From the NCBI GenBank assembly GCA_002269645.1, contig NIVC01002566.1, forward strand, positions 1-64,000: a DNA stretch of 64,000 bases, in the 5' to 3' direction. Positions 47,401-56,559 of this stretch are shown here, piece after piece (the first letter of the stretch is position 1; the number at the start of each line of letters is the position of its first letter). The notes under the pieces were generated by a model. That model was not told the DNA's origin. It saw only the letters and a list, made by a program, of their open reading frames with translations, and did not search any database. This DNA is from Macrostomum lignano (lineage: Eukaryota). Position numbers and translations under genes: made by a program.

Positions 47401-50400
47401 TACAACCCCAACACTAGGCTACAACCGCAACACTAGGCTACAACCCCAGCACTAGGCTACAACCGCAACACTAGGCTACAACCCCAACACTAGGCTACAA
47501 CCCCAACACTAGGCTACAACCCCAACACTAGGCTACAACCGCAACACTAGGCTACAACCGCAACACTAGGCTACAACCGCAACACTAGGCTACAACCCCA
47601 ACACTAGGCTACAACCCCAACACTAGGCTACAACCCCAACACTAGGCTACAACCGCAACACTAGGCTACAACCGCAACACTAGGCTACAACCGCAACACT
47701 AGGCTACAACCCCAACACTAGGCTACAACCCCAACACTAGGCTACAACCCCAACACTAGGCTACAACCCCAACACTAGGCTACAACCCCAACACTAGGCT
47801 ACAACCCCAACACTAGGCTACAACCGCAACACTAGGCTACAACCGCAACACTAGGCTACAACCGCAACACTAGGCTACAACCCCAGCACTAGGCTACAAC
47901 CCTAACACTAGGCTACAACCCAACACTAGGCTACAACCCCAATACTAGGCTACAACCCCAATACTAGGCTACAACCCCAATACTAGGCTACAACCCCAAT
48001 ACTAGGCTACAACCGCAACACTAGGCTACAACCGCAACACTAGGCTACAACCCCAGCACTAGGCTACAACCGCAACACTAGGCTACAACCGCAACACTAG
48101 GCTACAACCCCAACACTAGGCTACAACCTCAACACTAGGCTACAACCCCAACACTAGGCTACAACCGCAACACTAGGCTACAACCCCAACACTAGGCTAC
48201 AACCCCAACACTAGGCTACAACCCCAACACTAGGCTACAACCCCAACACTAGGCTACAACCGCAACACTAGGCTACAACCCCAGCACTAGGCTACAACCG
48301 CAACACTAGGCTACAACCGCAACACTAGGCTACAACCCCAACACTAGGCTACAACCCCAACACTAGGCTACAACCCAACACTAGGCTACAACCCCAACAC
48401 TAGGCTACAACCCCAACACTAGGCCACAGCCCAGAAAGGATCGAGAAAGGGCCAGTGACAGCAGAGGCAAAGAAACTCAGCGCCAAACATGTCCGACTCT
48501 CGCACCACACGATCCCCTTGGTTCGATTCGGTGTGCAGCCCCATTTATCGTAATTGTGAACAAAAATATTGGTCTGACCGTTGTCGCACGATTCACACAG
48601 AGTGTACATGCCCGATGATTAGAAAGTCATGGCTGCTGTACACCTTGTATGAGCGTGTGGATGAGTGCGTGTCTGAGTACAATATCTGGAAGAATGCCCC
48701 CCTGTGCTGATTGTGGAACAATTTCGCCGATATTCAGAGCAAACTCTCCTGCAAATATCTATTAATAAGGACAAAATTGATTCCCTAACATTCGATTATT
48801 TGTCTATTTCGTTTAAGACAAAACAAGAAATAATATTTTTGCAGAGGCAACCTATGAAAGCGTACTGAAGTTTGCCCAGGACAACTACGGTCCATTGTTC
48901 ACTCGTTTACAAAAGCAGCAGCAGCAGCAAAAGTCACCGCAGCCACAGCAGTCTCCGCCCCGACAGCTGTTTATAGAGGTGCTTGTTTATGGCAATGCCA
49001 AAGCAAAAGAAGCAGTGGCCGCGGCAAAGAAAATCCTGGACAAAGTCTCTTCGCAACAGTCTCCAGCAGCAGCAGCAAAAGCTTTGTCACCTTCATCTTG
49101 GGAGTCGCTGAAGAGCCGAGGCGTCCTACTTCCACCGGGAAGTCACTATCTGCTTAAATTGCCGAGTAGCACAAAATCAGGCATGGCGTCGAGTTGCGTG
49201 GTCGTCTTTCAGTTCGTTACGCCTCTTTCTCTTAAAACTGGTGAAAAAATTGCCCAGGATTTTCTTTTTGATTTGCTTCTGCGGATTCTTCGTCTGAACA
49301 TTGAACAGAGCGACGTACCCGGTTGTGCTCAGGTCCAACTGGAGCAGATACCCGGCCATCACGGAAATATTCTTGTGATCGATGCCGCGTCTATCACTCA
49401 GCACCCAACTGTGGTACGTGCAGCGTTATGAAATGCTCATTTTATTATTAGGATTTGTTATATAAATAATCAGGGATGTCATGTATCAGAAATCAAGGAT
49501 GCATCAGGGATTCCAGGATCAGGGATGCCAGCATCAAGGATGCCAGCATCAAGGATGCCAGCATCAAGGATGCCAGCATCAAGGATGCCAGCATCAAGGA
49601 TGCCAGCATCAAGGATGCCAGCATCAAGGATGCCAGCATCAAGGATGCCAGCATCAAGGATGCCAGCATCAAGGATGCCAGCATCAAGATCAGGGATGTC
49701 AGGGATCAGGGATCAGGGACGCCAAAGCTAACTCCAATAGTGCTGCATACTTGTACATGTATACTTTTGATATTCATTTGTTAAAAGGGCTGCAACCACG
49801 TCTACACACGGGGTATTTATTCACAAGCTACTTCTTCGAAATGTTTTTTGTTATACTTGCAATTTTGATCCCAGATTGAAGATCAAATTGAATCTTTCAT
49901 CGGACGTACTGAAGCAATGATCAATACAGCTCTGGCCAACCCGGCATTCGATTGGAGACAGGGTTGTAAAGAAATGATTGAGACAAAGACTTGCCGGAAC
50001 GTTACTCAGCAGGGCGGCTTCTATTGGAAAGCTATCACTGGCTCGGCATACCGATTCGCCTGGGACACTAGCTCCGGAGCCTACCAGAACCTGCCGGAAA
50101 ACTTTGACAAAACAGTCAACAAAGAGTTGATCGCTCTGTGTCAGGTACCGACTGTCGAGTATGGGTTGAGTTAAAGTGGGTGTTCCCAACCAGTTTTATT
50201 AACTCCTCTTCGACACCCTTACGTCCCGATCTCTAGGCTACGCTACATACCGACAGAAAACGTCATTGGAAATGGCTTCCGGCCATGAACAAAAATCTCA
50301 ATAAGTATGGACGATAGATCTTTTATTCCCTAGATAGGCCACTTTGTATTGCGGCAATAGGGAAAGAGCGATCGTTGTTTATCGGTTGCTTAAATTTTGA

Positions 50401-51341
50401 GTTCAATAGCTTAGGGACATACATGTAGGCGCTATTTTTTTGAGAATTTGATAGAACTTGTGGAACGGACATTTCCACAAAGGAGGTAAATAAATTCTAC
50501 TATTCAAACTAAGAATTATGCATGCAGAGACTACTGACGAAATTGAGTTCAGTAGTTGATTGTAAAGTTGTAAAGTTGTGGAGTTGTAAAGTTTTCAAAT
50601 TAGCTTATATGGTCACTATAGTGGTTGATGAGTCGCCCATCTTGTGTATATATAATCTTTGGTATGGACTTTTGAATAAACTACTTTTTAATAAACTGTC
50701 TTGATTATATATGGCCAGAAGCCATACTCCCGACCACAGATCATAAAAGCACTAGATGTGTCAACTCACAATATGAACGCAATGGAGTCGGAGTTGGGCG
50801 TAGTTCGGACAGACTCGATCACATAGACTTTGTGTGACCACATGTTTTTCATTTAGTTGACAAATCTCGGGTTCTTAGGATCTGTGCTGCCGACTCTTTT
50901 TTTAAAACTCGGGTTGGCAATCTATTTTTACGCTCAGGATAAAATAAATGCTCGTCAACTATATCCACCAGGTCCCTTAAGTCGTATATATTTGCTAACT
51001 TCAAGCTCGCTAGTCTCAACGTTTTAATTCCAGAGATTTTTAAAACCTGAATCGCCTGAACGTCGAAAACTGTCAATTCACAAGGAGTCGAAATTGAAGT
51101 TCGACGGAGCAACGGAAAACTTTTACTCCAAGTACAAGGTGCGGATTTTTATAAAAATCGCACACTATTGAAGACATTTCACAAACACTAAATGAGTAGC
51201 TTTGAGTTTTCGATCTTGATTTTTCTGTCTTTCTCAACATTTCAGGGCAAGGCGATTAAAAATCTGTTGGAGTTTCGTCAGAGCCTGAAGCAGTGCCCTC
51301 CAGTACCGTCTGAAATTCTCGACTGTGTTCACGAACTTTGA
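35438..51341 (+). CDS. Gene B: insulysin/IDE-like M16A pseudo-peptidase with a duplicated N-half (N1-N2-C), ~1,650 aa, 17 exons, open throughout
   Basis: Exons: 35438-35813, 36490-36989, 37071-37169, 37975-38235, 38843-39158, 40207-40400, 40852-41550 (GC donor), 41624-41722, 42009-42293, 42764-43118, 43701-43903, 44171-44557, 46248-46386, 48845-49413, 49875-50144, 51034-51138, 51246-51341. Phases are all consistent with no internal stop, and the IDE landmarks match gene A (e.g. GLAELCQRLTLCGSKKYP vs IDE GLSHFCEHMLFLGTKKYP). Confidence 0.88.
36110..36316 (-). mobile_element. SINE copy, same family
   Basis: cccattttacagctgggtgaactgaagcaa…gaatcgaacccc…ttctaaccactaggctgcaa. Confidence 0.85.
39316..39625. 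repeat. 21-bp minisatellite (cattttggcgccgcgggcaat), ~15 copies, followed by a MITE-like end (…gcgacgcccctg at 39762)
   Basis: Read directly. The right end resembles the TIR of the 13640 MITE, but no left TIR or TSD was found. Confidence 0.85.
43240..43642. repeat. 15-bp minisatellite (ggggcgccagcacca / ggggctttagcacca)
   Basis: The flanking units are the reverse complement of the 22913 array unit. Confidence 0.95.
44578..46154 (+). mobile_element. Decayed mariner-type transposon remnant
   Basis: 44750 onward reads PPHSPELAPADFIIFPQLK (mariner YSPDLAPxD motif), and the C-terminal RKCVATGG…GDCVEK ends at 45878. Degenerate TIR-like ends lie at 44578-44612 and 46125-46154. Confidence 0.75.
44919..45860. 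repeat. 43-bp minisatellite, ~22 copies, amplified from the mariner transposase 3' end
   Basis: Unit ggagaggatgctcaagccgtgggagaagtgagttgctacaggt, which reads MLKPWEK*VATGGE in one frame. Confidence 0.92.
46587..46655 (-). mobile_element. Partial SINE (core only), continuing into the 19-bp array
   Basis: cctcaattaccccagccaatgctggcacccattttacagctgggtgaactgaagcaatgcag. Confidence 0.8.
46656..48423. repeat. 19-bp minisatellite (cactaggctacaacc[c/g]caa), ~90 copies
   Basis: Read directly. cactaggctacaa is the reverse complement of the SINE 5' end (t/c)tgtagcctagtg. Confidence 0.95.
49515..49690. repeat. 15-bp minisatellite (atcaaggatgccagc), ~11 copies
   Basis: Read directly. Confidence 0.93.
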
Positions 51342-52720
51342 GCTTGCAGGCAGGTGCAGTCTCAACTGTTCGAGTTAGCAATGGAATAACTCCATTATGT
51401 ATTTATTCTGGATTATTAAAGTACTTTTTTACACAATACAAACTTTCCTAACTGTTTTTGTAACTCTGAAATCGAAGTGAATTATTAAGTAGCAATATGA
51501 GCATTTCTTACGTAAACTTTAATAGCTTACTAGATGGAGGGAGCATAAACGCTTTTCCTTTCAGCCCCTACTTACCTGTTGGATTGCTAGTAGTAAGGAA
51601 TTGAGCTCTCTCACACCGACCAGTTATATCACACCGACCAGAAAGATACTTATTCTCTCCCGAGAAGAGCTCGCTTAGTCCATATTAGACGGTTTGCTCA
51701 TTTTCTGCCAGTGCATATTTAATTTTTCAATAACATTTTCAATCTTACTTTTCCACCAAGCAGGCAAGTTTTTTATTTCGTGGGAATCATAAAAAACTGC
51801 AGTTTTATGGCCATCCCGCGCTGTTTAATTTCTAATAAAGAGAAGCAGCTTTGTGCAATGCTTTATTATGAGTCTGAATTTGGAGTTTGAGTCTTTTTTT
51901 TTCTTGACCCAAGTACGAACTCTGGCCCAGTAAGACACTCCGTAGACATTTACTATGGACACGGTCGTATTATACAGATGCTAAACTGCTCTCTCATCGT
52001 ATCTGGAGTGTCTGTGTAGCGTCTTCAAATATTCGGGGTCTTTAACTAGTGAGCATAGTCTCTGTGAAGAGACTCACCTTGATAAACACAAGCCGAGAGT
52101 ATATCAAGCCAAGCGAACAATACCTGTTGTTTGGGGGGAGTTGAGGGCCATTAATTTCAATCTTCTCTGTTCTGTAGCAGCGACAGCCCCAGCAGAATCT
52201 CTTTTTAAGCACTTGAAGTTTGCCATAAAGCACTAGTTTTTTATCTAGTTTTAAGAATCTGCTCGCAGGGCATTGCGTTGGTAAGTCTCGATAATAGTAT
52301 AGATATTGTCCACTAAATTCTTCCTTTGGATAGGCCTAGTTTATCCTTAATGCGTTCCATACTGCCAAACGTATGGGAGCAAACAGCTGGATAAACCGGA
52401 GGTCGGCTGATTAAGCAAACAATAAAAACTGCCAACGCACACGGGGAAGCAGACGGGGGGGCACGGACGTATGGGGATCGCGGGTTGAGCTGACTAGCTA
52501 TAGGAATATCCCATCTGTTGCCTCAGTATACTATATACCGCTCAGCATTATGTGGGCTGTCAGAACTTCCTGAGACTACACTGCGGGGCTGAAATATGAC
52601 AGTTTGATGGGGAAGAGAGAAACAGACAGACAGGGCCGTGTATATAGCTGGTGGGTGGCCATTCGTGCGCATTCAGACTCTAAGCCCTGTGTAACTCTCC
52701 ATTTCCCTATAGCAACCCGT

Positions 52721-54592
52721 ATGCGTCGACGAGTCTCAAATCGTCCAATCTGGAATCCAAGCGCCGACGCGGCGGCCGAATCTCAGCTGCTGTCCGGACT
52801 GGTGACATTCCGCAGGAGAGCGGCCAAGCCTGGACTGCTCAACACTCCGGCTGCTACGTTGGACTTGGACTTTGCCCGACAGCTCCAATCGCTGCGACTG
52901 TTAAACAGCGATCCGCTTCGCGAGGAAAATCCTCCTGGCTCTAGTGAAGCATCGAATAATTTGGATTCTACTGACGAGTTTACGGCCATCAGTACCGATC
53001 TGCTGGTCACGGCTGCCGATGGCCAGCTGGAACAGAGCCTTCGCTGGCAGCAGCAGAGACAACGGCAGCAGAGGCAGCAGCAGCAGCATCAGCACTTGAC
53101 CCTGTCGCTGCCTCTTCTTGGCGGTCGGCTGAACTATTTTCTACAGGGGGCTGTCGATTCGCCTACGCCGGATCCTTCGGCATCACCATCGGTTGCTGCC
53201 AGATCGGTCAAGCAGCCAGGACGTCTTGTTTACCGAAAGAGTCCGCCTGGGGCAGAGGGAGTTTCTCCCGACGCAGAAATCGCTCTCCTGCTGAGGTCGC
53301 GCTCACCAACACGGGTTAAAATAGAGCAACGACAGATTCTGAGTCCAGCGGATGTGTCGTCGAGAACGCTGAGAACCCAATCAACCTTTGAGATAGAAAA
53401 ACCTCCGATACAACCATCAGATTCTCCCTCGGTTTCCATGGAGCCTCGCCCAGTCGCATCCGCTTCAACAGGAACCATCGATCAGGGCGATTATAAAGGC
53501 CGTTTGTTTGTTCGCGGCGAACTAGCAATCCCAGCTGATGCTCAAGCGCAAGACAACAAACAGAAAGATGGTGAGAAGCAGAGGGAAAGTCCTGAAGCAA
53601 ATGACTTCAGTGAAAATATGCAAAATCGTAAGAGACGTGATGTACCGAAGAAATCGCTGAGAAATAATCGTGGAAAAGTTAACGAACAGCACATGCTCAG
53701 CAGCATCGATGCGAAACCTCAGAGGCCTCCACAAACGGCACATCAAACTCCTCAGACGCCTCAGCCCGAATTGAACGGGAGAACACCTGAGTCAGAGGCA
53801 CCGGAAATCCCAATAGCAACTGTTATAAGTCGACGAAAGCGAAAAGTTCAGAAGCAGCCAGTGGAACCGTATGCTCTTGATCGAGAGTCTCACAATCCCG
53901 AGCGGCACAGAGATGCCAGCTTCAGCCGAACTTGCAGCTGCTTGAGTCACTCTGATCAAAACCCCAGCCAGCAATTTGTAGACCAAGGTTTTCATCAGCC
54001 AGGCAACATCATCCCGTCAGAAAAAATTAGTCATCCAGAGCATCGCCCGGCTCAAATGGAACCTACTGCCAAGCAGTCTCAGGATCCCGTTCTCGACTCA
54101 ACACAGCGGGTAGAGCGGCAAGAGACACATCAGAACCAACTTGAAGCTCTCCATCTGGCAGCCGTTGCCAGCACGGAACTGCAGAGACGGCCGGCGCCAG
54201 ACCAGTACCGCACAGCTCACCGCTTGGCCAAGGCGGCAAGCCAAGACGCCCAGTTTTCCGCATGGCTGCAAGCCGGCCGCGAGCCTGCAGACTTTTTCAG
54301 CTGTCGGACGAGCTCCAACGGCTACTATTCGTACTTCCATCGGCTGCCGCGCTACGACCGCGGCCTGCAGCCCTTTGCCGAGTTCCCGCCGACTCAGAGT
54401 CAAGCGTCGCAACCGGGCAGCGGCAGTAAGAGAGGCGCCAAAACTCCGGCAATGCTTGCCTACGGCGGAAAAAATCCGGACAACTATTTGCCGCCGCCAA
54501 TTATGGTCCGGGTTCGGAGACCGTTGGAGAACCGGCGGGCCAAGCCGACACGAATTTCTGCTTTAGAAGAGTTGGAAACGAGCCGATATTAA
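52721..54592 (+). CDS. Uncharacterised ~623-aa single-exon, low-complexity (Q/P/S/R-rich) protein
   Basis: Uninterrupted 1.9-kb ORF in GC-rich sequence. The ATG at 52721 is preceded by a pyrimidine-rich …ccctatag acceptor-like site. No domain recognised. Confidence 0.7.
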   Translation: MRRRVSNRPIWNPSADAAAESQLLSGLVTFRRRAAKPGLLNTPAATLDLDFARQLQSLRLLNSDPLREENPPGSSEASNNLDSTDEFTAISTDLLVTAADGQLEQSLRWQQQRQRQQRQQQQHQHLTLSLPLLGGRLNYFLQGAVDSPTPDPSASPSVAARSVKQPGRLVYRKSPPGAEGVSPDAEIALLLRSRSPTRVKIEQRQILSPADVSSRTLRTQSTFEIEKPPIQPSDSPSVSMEPRPVASASTGTIDQGDYKGRLFVRGELAIPADAQAQDNKQKDGEKQRESPEANDFSENMQNRKRRDVPKKSLRNNRGKVNEQHMLSSIDAKPQRPPQTAHQTPQTPQPELNGRTPESEAPEIPIATVISRRKRKVQKQPVEPYALDRESHNPERHRDASFSRTCSCLSHSDQNPSQQFVDQGFHQPGNIIPSEKISHPEHRPAQMEPTAKQSQDPVLDSTQRVERQETHQNQLEALHLAAVASTELQRRPAPDQYRTAHRLAKAASQDAQFSAWLQAGREPADFFSCRTSSNGYYSYFHRLPRYDRGLQPFAEFPPTQSQASQPGSGSKRGAKTPAMLAYGGKNPDNYLPPPIMVRVRRPLENRRAKPTRISALEELETSRY

Positions 54593-55084
54593 AACTGCGA
54601 TGATATGGTTTTGTAAATCATTACCGACTGTTTGAACTTTGTATGCAGTTTCCGTAGAATAAATACATTTTCCGTAGCAAAAGTCTTTCCAGAGACTTAT
54701 TTTTTGTGACATATTTTATGAAACACTTTTGCCAATTGCCTATCCATTTAACTTTGTTTTTTGAAAGCATCACTGAAGCAATCAAAAGTTTCAATTGAAT
54801 GAAAGCTTTTGTTGAAAATTGGTTCTGTGACATTGAATATGCCACTTGACTGCAGCAACTGAGGATCATGGTTGCTTATATAGCTATTCATAAAAAGAAC
54901 AGAATCCAAATATAATTGAAACAACTTGATAAACAGTAAACTCTCGAAACTGCCTTTTTGCTGCCACTTATTGAGAAGAATGCTCCGCTACAAATAATGA
55001 TATAATCTGGGCTGAGAGGGGCTCTACGTTGTCGTTAAAATGTCGCACATCCAAGCAGGAGAAGCAAATTTTTCATTTTTCTAG

Positions 55085-56185
55085 CAACAGCAGTTGGCTC
55101 CGAACTGCCAGAGGTGCACAGCAGCAGCTGGTCGGGCGGTCAAATCCGCCACTTCTTCGTCTCCTCCATCAACCAAGCCAGCGATGTGCTGCAGTGCGCT
55201 GCACAGGCTGCCAAGCACCTGCTCGCTCACCAGCTGCTGGCCTTCATCCCTCGAGACGGTGCTCAGCAGCCCCAGTGCATCGTGGGTGAGTGAGTCCTGG
55301 CTGCATGCTCGATGCCTTAAACCTGATTAAGCTGCTCACCCAGCTGAGCTCATTCGCATTCCAGCAAACCGAAGTGGCGCTGTGTGTCGCAGACTGACGC
55401 CTCACACTCACCAGTCTCCGTGCTGCATCAGGGTGAGTAGCAAGCGTGCACTGACTCACCTGACAGCCAGGTAACTAACAGCACTTGCCTGACCGCAGCT
55501 CTCAATGCCTCACTGCAGGTGTTTGTGACGTCACTCAGCGACTGCTGGATCAGCATCCAGCGTCGGGTGGACAACTCGACAGACTTCTATCGCAACTGGA
55601 CCGAGTACGCAGCCGGCTTCGGAGAGGGAGCCCACACGAACCACTGGCTCGGTGAGTGCAGTGCAGTGCGGTCATGACGGTATTGATGCACTTTTTGATA
55701 GCGCTGGCCTCCTGTGGCTGTGAGCTGCTCAGCATTGAGCTGTGCTTGACAACTGCAGGTCTGCGAGCTGTGCACTCTCTGACCTGGCCGTCTGGTCGAG
55801 CACTTCGCATGCGAATGAGGCTGTGGAATGGCACGGAGCTCTGGGCCGACTACTCCAGCTTCTCCGTGGCCAGCGAGGCCGACAAGTTCCTGCTGAGCAT
55901 CTCGGGGTTCTCCGCCAGCCACCCTAGCGTTGGAGACTGCATGTCCTATCACAACGGCATGATGTTCAGCACCTTCGACTCCGATAACGACAGAGCTGGC
56001 GCAGCTGTTGCGTGGTCTACCGAGGAGCCTGGTGGCACAGGGGCTGTCATCTGTCGAATCCGAACGGGATGTACTTCAGTGGCCCAACAGCCCTGAGAAC
56101 GCCGAGATTAGGAGTGGGGGTCAACTGGAAACGTCCATTTGGCTACTATTACTCTTTACACGAGATGGAATTATTAATTTACTAA
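55085..56185 (+). pseudogene. Fibrinogen C-terminal domain (FReD/ficolin-like) gene, 4 visible exons, frameshift near 55995
   Basis: Exons 55085-55285, 55365-55432, 55519-55651 and 55759-56185. WISIQRRVDNSTDFYRNWTEYAAGFG…HWLG and HNGMMFSTFDSDND are followed, after a 1-nt shift, by CCVVYRGAWWHRGCHLSNPNGMY…YYYSLHEMEL*. The first (signal peptide) exon was not found. Confidence 0.8.
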
Positions 56186-56559
56186 TCATTTACTTTTAGC
56201 CAAGTGAACTGTCGGTAAAGCACTACAGGAAATAAACTGGGCATTGTTTTCTTCATATTATAGAAACTATTACTTTTTGACTAAAGCAGCGATTTTTTAA
56301 CTCGCGAAGATGTTACATTTTTTATTTACAACTTTAGTATAGTTTATTTTTATAATTTTAAACTATCGTACAATAGATTTAGACAAGAAAACAAGAAAAT
56401 CACTTAACAACAAAATGAACCGTTAGGATTCGTTGATACTATTATAGTCAAGCATATTACCGAAATTTCAACGAGAAAATGATACTATAGTTTATCTGTG
56501 TTGAAAATAGGTAAAACAAAACAGTTATTAATAGGTGAGTCTTATGTCTTATATAATTA

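Noticed and set aside
38335-48609. Shared MYTLCES peptide in intronic ORFs at 38335-38682 (+) and 48400-48609 (-)
   Set aside because: The similarity is limited to ~25 nt and does not extend, so a common element cannot be supported.
51327-51341. C-terminal VHEL of gene B as an ER-retention or peroxisomal signal
   Set aside because: It is not canonical KDEL/HDEL or SKL-type, no signal peptide is seen, and it is not shared by the paralogs.
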